This document shows, piece after piece, positions 47,995-57,647 of a stretch of DNA of 64,000 bases. The notes under the pieces were generated by a model. The model did no database searches, was not told the origin of the DNA, and saw only the letters and a program-made list of their open reading frames with translations. Position 1 is the stretch's first letter; the number at the start of each line of letters is the position of its first letter. Position numbers and translations under genes: made by a program. Source of the DNA: an uncultured Halobacteriales archaeon (GTDB lineage Archaea > Thermoplasmatota > E2 > JACPAO01 > JAHWKR01); NCBI GenBank assembly GCA_964452895.1, contig CAYVRY010000001.1, forward strand, positions 525 to 64,524. The letters are read 5' to 3'.

Positions 47995-49080
47995 ATGACC
48001 GGGGTACTGGATGACGTCCTGCATTTGGCGGTCGTGGTGATCATCGCCGGGGCGACGGTTGCGTTCCTGCTCGTTTTCCTCCATGGTTGGCGTGAACAAA
48101 GAGACCGGGTACATTATGCGCGCGTGGAGGTGAAGCTGCGCGGCCCGTTCTTGTTGGCGATCCAGGGTGAGCGGCACGAGGCGGGGCTGGACTCACGGCT
48201 GAACAGGGTGCCGGTCCGGCATCGAACTCGCCTCTTGATGCAGGTGGCACGGCTTGTCCGGGGTGAAGAGCGTGCCCGGCTGACGCGTTTCGCGGCGCGC
48301 ACGGGGGTCTTGCAACAGGCGGCCCGGGCGACAAGGAGCAGCCTATGGTGGCGCCGGTTGCACGCGGTGCGGGTCTTCACGGCGACGGGGGGCGGCGAGA
48401 ATGAGGTGCCGGCCTTGTTGGCGGACCCGCATCCGCTGGTGCGCTCGGAGGCGGCCTCTTGGTGCGCCGGGCATCCGCGCCCGGAGAACATCCGGCGCTT
48501 GCTGAACCTGATGGACACGCCGTCCATGGCGGACCGGATCGCGGTGATCGACGCACTCGTGTCCATTGGGCCTCCGGCGCTCAGACCGTTGGCCGATCAT
48601 CTCCAGGCGTGCACCGAAGAGGGGCGCAAGGCGGGCCTGACGGCAGCGTTGGGGTTGGCGCACCCGCTCTTTTTGCCCCCTGCGCTGGCCGCGGTCCGGG
48701 ACCCGGCGTTCGGCGTACGCGTGCAGGCGGCGCGGTTGTTGTCCATTCTGGGCGGGGAACAAGCGGTGGAGGCGATCACTCGGCTCCTTGAGGACGACCG
48801 GCCGGTGGTCCGGGCGGCCGCGGCACGGGGCCTGGGGCGACTGGGGGCTTGCTCGGCGGCGGGCAGTCTTGAGTTGCTGTTGGCGGATCGGCATCCGGAC
48901 CCGCGTCGCGACGCGGCGCTCGCCCTGGCGGAGTTGGGCGCATCGGGCTGGGTGTTGCTGCGGGAGACCGCCCGCCTGGGGGGCCCGGCGGGGCGGTTGG
49001 CCAATGCGGCCCTGGAATCGCTGGGTACGCCGGTACGGGTGCTTGAGCCGGTGGAAGTAGAGGGGAGGGCGGCGTCTTGA
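47995..49080 (+). CDS. Membrane-anchored HEAT-repeat protein
   Basis: N-terminal TM; repeated LL.D....VR..AA..LG units. Confidence 0.85.
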   Translation: MTGVLDDVLHLAVVVIIAGATVAFLLVFLHGWREQRDRVHYARVEVKLRGPFLLAIQGERHEAGLDSRLNRVPVRHRTRLLMQVARLVRGEERARLTRFAARTGVLQQAARATRSSLWWRRLHAVRVFTATGGGENEVPALLADPHPLVRSEAASWCAGHPRPENIRRLLNLMDTPSMADRIAVIDALVSIGPPALRPLADHLQACTEEGRKAGLTAALGLAHPLFLPPALAAVRDPAFGVRVQAARLLSILGGEQAVEAITRLLEDDRPVVRAAAARGLGRLGACSAAGSLELLLADRHPDPRRDAALALAELGASGWVLLRETARLGGPAGRLANAALESLGTPVRVLEPVEVEGRAAS

Positions 49081-50507
49081 TCGAGCATTTTCTCACGCAG
49101 TTCCTCGTGGCATTGCAGATCTTTGCGATCTCGTTCTTTTTCGTGGCGAACACGTTCTACGGACTGCAGGTGTTCATGGCGTTCACGACCGTCCAAGACC
49201 ATGTGCGCGCGCATCGGGACCAGGACACCGAGCGTATGGCCCGCTCTCACGCGTTGCCGCGGATCAGCCTGATCGCCCCGGCGTACAATGAAGAGTCCAC
49301 GGTGGCCGAGAGCCTGCGTTCCCTTCTTGCTTTGCATTATCCGGGTCTTCAAGTGGTCCTGGTCAGCGACGGTTCCACGGACCGCACGCTGGACGTGTTG
49401 AAGTCGGTCTACAGATTGACGCCGAGCCGACGGCTTTACGACGAGGGGATCCCGACGCGCGGGGTGCGCGGCATCTATCGCAGCGAAGTCTATCCGGATC
49501 TCTTGGTGGTGGACAAGGAGAACGGGGGGAAGGCGGATGCGTTGAACGTGGGGTTGAACCTGGCGGACGGGGAGTTGGTGTGCGCCATCGACGCGGACAC
49601 CTTGATCGAGTCGGACGCCTTGCTGCGTCTCGTGCGGCCGTTCGTGGAGGACGCCGACGTGGTCGCGGCGGGGGGGAACATCCGGGTGGCCAACGGCTGC
49701 CGGATGGGTCGGGGCCGCGTGGAGGAACCCCGGGTCCCGCGCCGGCCCTTGCCGGGGTTCCAGATGGTGGAATACACGCGGGCGTTCCTGGTGGGCCGCA
49801 TGGGTCTCAACCGGTTGGGCGGCAACCTGGTGATCTCAGGGGCGTTCGGCCTGTTCCGGCGCGACGCGATGATCAAGACGGGCGGGTATTCCACGTCGAC
49901 GATCGGGGAGGACATGGAACTCGTGCTCCGCCTGCGCCGCCATGGCAAGGACCACGGGGGCCCCCACAAGGCGGACTTCATCCCGGACCCGGTGGCGTGG
50001 ACAGAGGTCCCGCAGACGTTGGGCAGTCTGGGCAGGCAGCGCGACCGGTGGCACCGGGGGCTGGCTCAGACCATGATGGCGCATCGGGGCGTGATGTTCC
50101 GCCCGCGGTACAAGGCGATGGGTTCTGTGGTCTATCCCTATTTCTTGTTCGTGGAGCTCTTGGCGCCGCTCGTGGAACTGCTCGGGCTGATCGGCCTTGC
50201 CGTGGGGGTCGGCCTCGGGGTCTTGGATGTCACCTTCGCCCTTTGGTTCCTGGTTTTTGCTTATGGTTACGGCCTGCTTCTTACAAGCATCGCGATGATG
50301 CTGGACGGGATCACTTTCCGGCTCTATCCGCGCCAACGGGACCGGCTTTGGTTCATGCTCTGGGTGGTCCTGGAGCCGTTCGGATACCGCCAGCTCACGG
50401 TGTTTTGGCGTCTGCGGGGTCTGATTCGTTTCGTGATGGGGCATCAGGAGTGGGGCGTCATGCAGCGTCAGGGGTTCCAGTCGGACGCGCCCGGTGCGCC
50501 GGTGTGA
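49077..50507 (+). CDS. Processive glycosyltransferase family 2 (PgaC/IcaA-like)
   Basis: PAYNEE, DGSTD, KENGGKADALN, DAD, SGAFGLFRR, GED, QRDRW (QxxRW), C-terminal TM helices. Confidence 0.92.
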   Translation: MIEHFLTQFLVALQIFAISFFFVANTFYGLQVFMAFTTVQDHVRAHRDQDTERMARSHALPRISLIAPAYNEESTVAESLRSLLALHYPGLQVVLVSDGSTDRTLDVLKSVYRLTPSRRLYDEGIPTRGVRGIYRSEVYPDLLVVDKENGGKADALNVGLNLADGELVCAIDADTLIESDALLRLVRPFVEDADVVAAGGNIRVANGCRMGRGRVEEPRVPRRPLPGFQMVEYTRAFLVGRMGLNRLGGNLVISGAFGLFRRDAMIKTGGYSTSTIGEDMELVLRLRRHGKDHGGPHKADFIPDPVAWTEVPQTLGSLGRQRDRWHRGLAQTMMAHRGVMFRPRYKAMGSVVYPYFLFVELLAPLVELLGLIGLAVGVGLGVLDVTFALWFLVFAYGYGLLLTSIAMMLDGITFRLYPRQRDRLWFMLWVVLEPFGYRQLTVFWRLRGLIRFVMGHQEWGVMQRQGFQSDAPGAPV

Positions 50508-50586
50508 TCCGACAACGCCCAGATCACCCGGAGTGACCCGCGCGAAAACGCTACAACCACCCGGCTGTTCGCCATGGTTGATGTCC

Positions 50587-50796
50587 ATGCGTACGCTGAT
50601 CGTCGTGACCCTCGTCCTGCTCGCCCTGCTGGCCTTCACGCCGCAACCCGCGGCCGCGCAGCACGTGCCCTGTTTCTCGGACTACGACCACGGGATCACG
50701 TTCCAGTGCGAGCCCGATGCATCGGATCCGCTTTGCATCGAGTGGTTCTTCGGGATCGGGGTCGCCAAGGTCTGCCCGCGCGACCTGCTTCCCTGA
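50587..50796 (+). CDS. Small secreted four-cysteine peptide
   Basis: Signal peptide MRTLIVVTLVLLALLAFTPQPAAA, 45-aa mature part with 4 Cys. Confidence 0.6.
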   Translation: MRTLIVVTLVLLALLAFTPQPAAAQHVPCFSDYDHGITFQCEPDASDPLCIEWFFGIGVAKVCPRDLLP

Positions 50797-50818
50797 GACG
50801 ACCCAAACCGGGTCCCGC

Positions 50819-51259
50819 TCAGCCCATCTCTTCGACCACGAACCACACGTCGCCCCGGCCTTGCCCGTTGGCGGCTCCGGGTCCTTGGTCCGCGGCGAAA
50901 TAGTAGAGCGGCCGGTCGTCATGCGCGACCTGCATGGTCCCGTTCCGGTCGATCAGCGACAGGCGCTCTTCGAGTCCGTCGGATGCGTCCGGGACCTCAT
51001 CGGCAAGAAGCGGGGGCCAGTTCTCGGCGCATTCGTCGAAGCAGGTGCTCTCGCCGGGTCCGTCGTTCGTGAAGATGTAGAGCGTCATCCCGTCACCATC
51101 GACGAGGATGCTGCCCAGTTCGGAGTGGTCGTCGAAGCGCAGTTCAGCCGCATCGCCGCCGTCCATGCATCCTGCCAGTGCCACGAACGCAAGCAGGAGG
51201 ACGATCAGGAGGGGAAAGTGGACCCAGGAGTTCGTGCTCAATCGCATGCCTGACGGCAT
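50819..51259 (-). CDS. COG4315 lipoprotein with Yx(FWY)xxD repeats
   Basis: LAGC lipobox, GMTLYIFTND..C...C..NWPP, PLYYFAAD..PG..NGQG..WFVV. Confidence 0.88.
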   Translation of the reverse strand: MPSGMRLSTNSWVHFPLLIVLLLAFVALAGCMDGGDAAELRFDDHSELGSILVDGDGMTLYIFTNDGPGESTCFDECAENWPPLLADEVPDASDGLEERLSLIDRNGTMQVAHDDRPLYYFAADQGPGAANGQGRGDVWFVVEEMG

Positions 51260-51337
51260 CCCCGCATTCTTCTTGAACCCCTTCGCCGCAGGGATTACCT
51301 TGAGGAAACCCCGAATTGGTGCCTGGTTCGTGACCGA

Positions 51338-53614
51338 TCAGGATTTCGCGGCCCGGATCACGTTCAATGCGCTGCCGGCCTGGAACCAGCGCACCTGGTC
51401 TTCGTTCAGGCTGTGGTCCACGTTGAAGGTGTCGCGCGTGCCGTCCGGGTGTTCCAGGGTGACCTTGAGCGGTCTGCCGGGGGCGAGCCCGTCCAGGCCC
51501 TGGATGGAGACCGTGTCGCCTTCTTGCACTTTCTCGTAATCCGCGCCGTCTTCGAAGGTCAAGGGCAAGACGCCTTGTTTCTTCAGGTTCGTCTCGTGGA
51601 TCCGGGCGAAGCTGCGTGTGATCACGGCGGCGCAGCCCAAGTGGCGGGGTTCCATGGCGGCGTGTTCCCGGGACGACCCTTCGCCGTAGTTCTCGTCGCC
51701 CACCACGACCCAGCGCTGGCCTGCCATTTTCAGGTTGCGCGCGATCTGGCTCAATGCAACGTCTTCTCGGCCGCCTACGGGGTCGTTGCCGGTTCCTGCT
51801 TCACCGGTGAAGGCGTTGACGGCGCCGCTGAAGAGGTTGTCGCTGATGTTGTCCAGGTGACCACGGAAGCGCAGCCAGGCACCGGCCGGGGAGATGTGGT
51901 CTGTGGTGCATTTGCCCTGGGCTTTGAGAAGAAGCGGCAGCCGCTTCATGTCCTGGCCGTCCCACTGCGGGAAGGGTTCCAACAGGGCGATCCGGTCGCT
52001 TCGTGGGTCCACGTGGACGTCCACCTGTGCCCCGTCGTCGGCGGGGGGTTGGTAGCCTGCAGGGTCCTGCACGAAGCCGCCGGGCGGCACCTCGGGGGCG
52101 GGTTTGGGCGGCACGAGGCGCCAGGGTTTGCCGTCGGCGTCCTTGAGTTCGTCGCTGGTGGGGTCGAAATCGAGTCGGCCGGCGAGCCCGAGGGCCATGA
52201 CGATCTCGGGGCTGCCCATGAAGGCGAGCGTGTTCGGGTTGCCGTCGTTGCGTTTCGGGAAGTTGCGGTTGTAGGAGGTGACGATCACGTTGGTCGCGTC
52301 GTCCTTGAGTTCCGGGCGTCGCCATTGTCCGATGCAGGGCCCGCATGCGTTGGCGAGCACCTGCGCGCCGACGGCCTTCATTTTCTGCATCTGGCCGTCG
52401 CGTTCAATGGTTGCCCGCACCTGTTCGCTGCCTGGGGTCACGAGGAAGGAGGTGGCCACACCGATCCCGTGCGCCTGGGCTTGTTGCACGACGTCCGTGA
52501 CGCGGGCGATGTCTTCGTAGCTGGAGTTCGTGCAGGAGCCCACCAGTGCCGCACTGATCCGGGCCGGGTAGTCCTCCTCGCGCACCGCTTTCTTGATCTG
52601 GCTGATCTCGCGGGCCAGGTCCGGTGTGTGGGGGCCCACCAGGTGGGGTTCCAGTTCGTCCAGGTCGATCACGACGACGCGGTCGTAGTAGCGCTCCGGG
52701 TTTTCGGCGATCTGTTTGTCCGCGATGATGTGGTCTTGGTGGTCCTCGAGGATCGGCACGAGGGCGTTGCGGCCCGTTGATTCCAGGTAGGTGCGCATGC
52801 GGCGATCGTACGGGAATATGGAGGTGGTGGCGCCGAGCTCGGCGCCCATGTTCGTGATCGTGCCTTTGCCGGTGGCGCTGATGGACTCGGTGCCGGGTCC
52901 GAAGTATTCCACCACGTGGTTCGTGCCGCCCTTGACGGTGAGTTCGCCGCACAGTTTCAGGATCACGTCCTTGGGGGCGCTCCAGCCGTCGAGTTTTCCT
53001 TCCAGCCGGACGCCGGTGATCTTCGGGTGAAGCAGTTCCCAGGGCATCCCGGCCATGACGTCCACGGCGTCCGCACCGCCGACGCCGCTGGCCCACATGC
53101 CGAGCCCGCCGGCGTTCGGGGTGTGGCTGTCGGTCCCGATCATCATCTGCCCGGGAAAGGCGTATTGCTCGAAGACCACCTGGTGGATGATCCCGGCGCC
53201 GGGTTTCCAGAACCCCATGCCGTAGCGTTTCGCGGCCGTGGCGAGGAAATCGAAGACCTCCTTGTTCTCGCCCAGGGAGTTGCTCAGGTCGGGCTCGGCG
53301 CCTTCCTGCGCACGGATCAGGTGGTCACAGTGGACCGTGGTGGGGACCGCGGTGGTGTCCATCTTGGCGAGCATGAACTGCAGCACGGCCATCTGCGCGG
53401 TCGCGTCCTGCATGGCGACGCGGTCCGGGCGCAGCATGAGGTAGCTCTTGCCTCGTTCCAGGGCGGCCCCGGCGGGGTCGTCCAAGTGGCCGTAGAGGAT
53501 CTTCTCGCTCAGGGTGAGCGGATGACCCAGGCGTTCGCGCACGACCTGCAGACGCTGGGCGATCCGTTCGTGGACTTGACGGGTGAAATCGGGGGTGGAT
53601 TCGACTTGAGGCAT
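51338..53614 (-). CDS. acnA: Aconitate hydratase (mitochondrial-like type)
   Basis: DRVAMQDATAQMA, HCDHLI, GTDSHTPNAGG, GSCTNSSYED, NACGPCIGQW, TTDHIS, NYGEGSSREHAA. Confidence 0.95.
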   Translation of the reverse strand: MPQVESTPDFTRQVHERIAQRLQVVRERLGHPLTLSEKILYGHLDDPAGAALERGKSYLMLRPDRVAMQDATAQMAVLQFMLAKMDTTAVPTTVHCDHLIRAQEGAEPDLSNSLGENKEVFDFLATAAKRYGMGFWKPGAGIIHQVVFEQYAFPGQMMIGTDSHTPNAGGLGMWASGVGGADAVDVMAGMPWELLHPKITGVRLEGKLDGWSAPKDVILKLCGELTVKGGTNHVVEYFGPGTESISATGKGTITNMGAELGATTSIFPYDRRMRTYLESTGRNALVPILEDHQDHIIADKQIAENPERYYDRVVVIDLDELEPHLVGPHTPDLAREISQIKKAVREEDYPARISAALVGSCTNSSYEDIARVTDVVQQAQAHGIGVATSFLVTPGSEQVRATIERDGQMQKMKAVGAQVLANACGPCIGQWRRPELKDDATNVIVTSYNRNFPKRNDGNPNTLAFMGSPEIVMALGLAGRLDFDPTSDELKDADGKPWRLVPPKPAPEVPPGGFVQDPAGYQPPADDGAQVDVHVDPRSDRIALLEPFPQWDGQDMKRLPLLLKAQGKCTTDHISPAGAWLRFRGHLDNISDNLFSGAVNAFTGEAGTGNDPVGGREDVALSQIARNLKMAGQRWVVVGDENYGEGSSREHAAMEPRHLGCAAVITRSFARIHETNLKKQGVLPLTFEDGADYEKVQEGDTVSIQGLDGLAPGRPLKVTLEHPDGTRDTFNVDHSLNEDQVRWFQAGSALNVIRAAKS

Positions 53615-53741
53615 GGGGCCCTCTCCGGGTCCAGGCGCCCATCCGGATGGGCGGTCGCTGGCAGTCACTTGACGGCGCGTTCTCCTTAAGGCTTACTGTC
53701 TTTGCGGCAGCGGTTGCGCGCGGGGCACTTGGGGAAAACCG

Positions 53742-54779
53742 TCAACCGGTCTGGATGATCCCTTCGTATTCCATGTTCACCCCAAGATGGTGCGACACGC
53801 GCAGGGTGAGCGTCTCTCCCTGGTAGGGACTCAGGCTGTCGCCCACGAGCCACAATTGTTCGAAGGGGTACGGGGTGACGCCCCAGGTGATGGTTTCGCC
53901 TTTCGGGTCCATGAGCGTCATGTCCATGTCCACGGTGTGCCCGTTTGTGTCCATGATCCCGCCGTCCCCCCGGGGTTGCACGAAGGCGAGAAGCACCTGG
54001 TCGTTCTCTCCCACCTCGATCTCGTGATCGGCATGGGTCATGCCCGAATCGGGGACCCCGGTAAGGAACCGATCCGAAAGCAGGAGTTCCCCGGAGATCG
54101 TCTGGTTCTCGAGGACCAGCTGCCCCTGGATGTCCAGGTCTGCGGGTCGGAACTCCTTGGTCTCCAGTTGGACTTCGGATGCGTGTTCTCCCCCCGTGAG
54201 GATGCGCACGTTGTGCTCTTCCTGTTGGGTCATGGTCACGGTGACGAACAAGGTGATCCCGCCCAGGCCCAGGATGGCCGGCTGCGATTCGGGTCCCTCC
54301 AGTTCGAAGGATACGGGTGTGACCTCGTCCGGCATCAGGGGGCCGTCCAGCTTCGTCGAGGCGACAAGGGGGGCGTGCAGGCTGCTGCCCAGCCAGACCG
54401 CCACGTCGGGGAGCACGCCTTCGGCCGGGAAGACGGGGGCGTCCGTGGTGAGGTAGAGGGTGATCGTGGCGTTGTCCGCGGAGATCCAGTCCCAGGGACT
54501 CAGTTCGGGGTCGAACCCTTCCAGGTTGAACTGCGGGTGGGCGCCGCTGCGGGTGGCCCACTTCGTGATGAAGTCGCCGGCCTCGATGCTTCCTTCCCCT
54601 TGCGGCGCCTGTTCGACCAGCGTCGAGTCGGGGCTCAGGTAGAGCGTACGCGGGGCGAACGACGACGCGGGGGGTTGCGTGGGATCGTTTTCGCCGCCAT
54701 CGTTGTTGGAGGTCGAGAAGCAACCGGCGAGGCTGACCAGGATCAAGAGCGAGACCAACAGGCCGGCCGTAACACGCAT
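53742..54779 (-). CDS. Hypothetical acidic lipoprotein
   Basis: SLAGC lipobox, acidic beta-rich body. Confidence 0.75.
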   Translation of the reverse strand: MRVTAGLLVSLLILVSLAGCFSTSNNDGGENDPTQPPASSFAPRTLYLSPDSTLVEQAPQGEGSIEAGDFITKWATRSGAHPQFNLEGFDPELSPWDWISADNATITLYLTTDAPVFPAEGVLPDVAVWLGSSLHAPLVASTKLDGPLMPDEVTPVSFELEGPESQPAILGLGGITLFVTVTMTQQEEHNVRILTGGEHASEVQLETKEFRPADLDIQGQLVLENQTISGELLLSDRFLTGVPDSGMTHADHEIEVGENDQVLLAFVQPRGDGGIMDTNGHTVDMDMTLMDPKGETITWGVTPYPFEQLWLVGDSLSPYQGETLTLRVSHHLGVNMEYEGIIQTG

Positions 54780-54832
54780 AAGGACCGGTTCGGGCCGCTA
54801 TGTGAAAACGGTTTCGGCCAGCACAGTGGGCC

Positions 54833-55291
54833 TCAAAGCCCTTTTCCGCACGCAGAGCAGAATTTTGCGGTCTCTTGCTCCAGACTGCCGCAACCGCGGC
54901 ATCGCACCCGGATCGTCTCTGTTGCGGTTGCCGGGTCATTGGCGCTCTTCCAACCCCGGCCCAGGGCGCCACCCACCGTCTCCACGGCCCCCTCCGTCTC
55001 CGTGGCGACGATCTGCGAGTAGGGCCGAAGGAAGCCCAGTTGCAAGAGGGCGATGCCGAAGAACAACGCGACGGTTCCGATGCCGAAGTACGCGAGCATG
55101 GTGCCTGCTTGCTGTCTGGCGCGATCCATGAAGTCTTCGTCGCCCGGCGAGGGTCCGCCCTGAAGGATCTGGGAGAACGCCATGACGACGAAGAGGACGC
55201 CGACCATTGTGAGCACGATCCCGGCGACCCGGATGCCCCATCGTTGCCCGGGGGTCAGACGCAAGGCCCGCTGCCTCATCCGTTCTCCCAT
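54833..55291 (-). CDS. Two-TM protein with C-terminal double-CxxC Zn ribbon
   Basis: Two TM helices; CRGCG....AKFCSACG. Confidence 0.78.
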   Translation of the reverse strand: MGERMRQRALRLTPGQRWGIRVAGIVLTMVGVLFVVMAFSQILQGGPSPGDEDFMDRARQQAGTMLAYFGIGTVALFFGIALLQLGFLRPYSQIVATETEGAVETVGGALGRGWKSANDPATATETIRVRCRGCGSLEQETAKFCSACGKGL

Positions 55292-55343
55292 GGGACAAGC
55301 GAGCGGTGGGTGTTTCAAATAGGTGGCGATGGGTTTTACGCCG

Positions 55344-55796
55344 CTACGAAGGATTTTCCGCCCGAGGAAGCAATTTTGCGTGTTCTCCCCGCTGGGATTT
55401 CAGTCTTGAAAGAACATCCTCCAGGGTCTCGATCACCCGCTCGCGTTCGTCCGTCTGGTCGGGGTATTGGCTGGACCATCGGCGCCAGTGCGGCCGTTTG
55501 TGCGCGATCTTGAATTTGAGTCCCTGCATGAGGGTGTCGTAGGCGTCCGCGTCCACTTTGCGAACATGCTGGTGTGCGAGGATGAACCAATGATAACCGG
55601 TGCCAGAAGGGGCCCCGCTCCCGGGCGGGGCTGCCCGGGTGCGCTTCTTGCGCGCGCTGTATTCGAAGGTCCATTCGTCGGGGGCTGCCTTGGTCTCGTG
55701 CCATCGGCCGTCCGGGTAATGCCATGTGTGGGAGCCGCCCACGCGCATCCCGGAGTAGGGTCGGCCTTGATGGGTCTTCACGTCGTCGAAGCTCAT
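55344..55796 (-). CDS. Conserved-looking Trp/His/basic hypothetical protein
   Basis: YSGMRVGGSHTWHY..G.W.ETK, APPGSGAP.GT.YHWFILAHQ.VRK, MQGLKFKIAHKR; start ATG 55796. Confidence 0.75.
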   Translation of the reverse strand: MSFDDVKTHQGRPYSGMRVGGSHTWHYPDGRWHETKAAPDEWTFEYSARKKRTRAAPPGSGAPSGTGYHWFILAHQHVRKVDADAYDTLMQGLKFKIAHKRPHWRRWSSQYPDQTDERERVIETLEDVLSRLKSQRGEHAKLLPRAENPS

Positions 55797-55906
55797 GCCG
55801 CTTGAATGGGCGGGGTTGGGTTGTTCTGGGTTTCCGTGGGGGGTGACCGAAAGTATTCCCCAAAAGGCTATCCGGAGACGGGGGATGCCGGCGTGATTTC
55901 GACCGG

Positions 55907-56611
55907 GTGGATGTCTTGACGGGAAAAGGTGACCAACAACGCGGCGAGCCGGAGGGGCAGGCGACATGGCCGCTGGCCGCCCTTGACCGGCCGACGAAGA
56001 TCGTCTGCATCGGCAAGAACTGGGCCGAGCATGCCAAGGAGTTGGGCTCCTCGGTTCCCAAGGAACCGATTTTGTTCTTGAAGCCGCCGAGCGCGTTGAT
56101 CGGCAGCGGTGAGCCGATCCGTTTGCCGGCGGGCGTGGGGCGTGTGGATCATGAGGTGGAGCTGGGGGTCGTGGTGGGCAGGCGGATGACCCGTGTGACG
56201 GAGGATGATGCATTGGACCATGTGCGGGGTTGGTGTCTGGCGTTGGACGTCACGGCGCGCGACATGCAGGCGGTGGCGAAGCAGAAGGGGCGGCCGTGGG
56301 CCGTGGCGAAGGGCTACGACACGTTTTGTCCGGTGTCCGCCTTGCTTGGAAAAGACCGGGTGGATCCTTCCAACGCCGAGTTGCTGTTGAAGGTGAACGG
56401 CGAGGTCCGCCAGCAGGGCACGACGCAGGACATGGTGTGGAGCGTCGCGCAACTGCTGGCGCACGTCAGCTCGATCATGACACTGGAGCCGGGGGACCTG
56501 GTCTTGACGGGGACGCCGTCCGGTGTGGGGCCGCTGCAGGCGGGGGACCGGGTGGAGGCGTCATTGGATCACGTGGATTTGCTGCATCATGAAGTGGTCC
56601 AGTCCACTTGA
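55907..56611 (+). CDS. Fumarylacetoacetate hydrolase family protein (FAHD1/YcgM-like)
   Basis: KIVCIGKN..EH, FLKP, DHEVEL, DVTARD.Q, AKGYDTFCP, GDLVLTGTP. Confidence 0.92.
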   Translation: MDVLTGKGDQQRGEPEGQATWPLAALDRPTKIVCIGKNWAEHAKELGSSVPKEPILFLKPPSALIGSGEPIRLPAGVGRVDHEVELGVVVGRRMTRVTEDDALDHVRGWCLALDVTARDMQAVAKQKGRPWAVAKGYDTFCPVSALLGKDRVDPSNAELLLKVNGEVRQQGTTQDMVWSVAQLLAHVSSIMTLEPGDLVLTGTPSGVGPLQAGDRVEASLDHVDLLHHEVVQST

Positions 56612-56660
56612 ACCTCGTCATGGTCACCCCCGTCAAGACGTTTGGTCTGACCTCAGACGT

Positions 56661-57104
56661 CTACTGCGTGACGCTTTTTTGTGGCACACCGGCGCTGGTG
56701 CGCCGTTCGATGCCCCAGACGACGAGTCCGGCCACGACGCCGTACATGAGGTGGCCGAGCAGGCTGAACCATGCGGCGGAGGCGCCCAGCGGGAAGACGG
56801 ACATTCCGAGCATCAGCGGCATGATGATCAGGCCACCACCGATCCAGGCGGCCACGCCCCACATCATGCCGGCGACGATCCGGTTCCAGTCGACGGCGTG
56901 CAGGATGCCGCCGAAGGCGACGCCGAAGATCAAGGAGATCACGAGATGGACGGCCCATCCGACGCCGACGCTTTCGCTGCCGACGAGATTGGCGACCATC
57001 GCCATCATACCCATCATCGCCATGACCATGCCGAAGACGATGCCGCCGGCCAGACTCCCGATGATCCCGTTCCTGATATTTGTGGTGACTGCGTTGTCTG
57101 TCAT
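56661..57104 (-). CDS. Four-TM membrane protein (DUF1440-like)
   Basis: Hydrophobic, Met/Gly-rich; GWAVHL and SLLGHLMYG. Confidence 0.75.
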   Translation of the reverse strand: MTDNAVTTNIRNGIIGSLAGGIVFGMVMAMMGMMAMVANLVGSESVGVGWAVHLVISLIFGVAFGGILHAVDWNRIVAGMMWGVAAWIGGGLIIMPLMLGMSVFPLGASAAWFSLLGHLMYGVVAGLVVWGIERRTSAGVPQKSVTQ

Positions 57105-57266
57105 CAAATGGCGAGTGGACGAGAGGGGATAATAGGGCTATCTTCCAATGGTCCAAGGGGTTCTTCAATCATCAGATTCCCCGGGGAGGGTGCTCGCTTC
57201 CCGAGACCGGGGGATGGCGTCCAACGCAGGCGATACTGGAACCTCCGAGAGGGCACCGCCACGGTC

Positions 57267-57647
57267 TCAATACGTCCTCGTGGGTACGCCCAGGTCCTCG
57301 TAGTGACGTACGTTCCGAGTCAGTACGCTCATCCCGAGCATCCGTGCGGTGGCTGCGATCTGGACCTCGGACCAGCCGGGGAACCGCCCCTTTCCGATGG
57401 CCTGTTGTGCGAGGCGTGAAGCTTCCAGCGCGATCTCTTCATCGCAGATGACCACCCAGAACGATCCCCGCAGTTTCCGCATCCCCGCCGCCGGGTCCTT
57501 GCGACCTGTGCAATATTCTATGGCCGCCTGGATCGGGACCACGAGCGCCTCTTCTTCTTGGACTGAAACTTCGATCTGTTTACGCAGGGAGGGGTCGTTT
57601 CGGTCCGCGTCGATGAGAACCGTTGCGTCCAAGGCGGGCAACTTCAC
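57267..57647 (-). CDS. vapC: VapC PIN-domain toxin
   Basis: LDATVLID, AIEY, EVQIAATA, LTRN..HY; GTGA overlap with the antitoxin. Confidence 0.85.
   Translation of the reverse strand: MKLPALDATVLIDADRNDPSLRKQIEVSVQEEEALVVPIQAAIEYCTGRKDPAAGMRKLRGSFWVVICDEEIALEASRLAQQAIGKGRFPGWSEVQIAATARMLGMSVLTRNVRHYEDLGVPTRTY

Noticed and set aside
53710..53726. Partial match (gcggtt..cgcgcggggc) to the tRNA-Gln 3' end as a possible attR
   Set aside because: Only about 10 contiguous GC-rich bases, no integrase in the window, and the interval would include core aconitase
55325..55345. GGCGATGG...CGCC resembling a fluoride riboswitch 5' stem
   Set aside because: The downstream conserved GCTRATGAC segment is absent and there is no suitably oriented fluoride-related gene
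57110..57265. GC-rich intergenic stretch with several possible stems (SRP, RNase P or sRNA?)
   Set aside because: Lacks SRP and RNase P signature motifs and is too short
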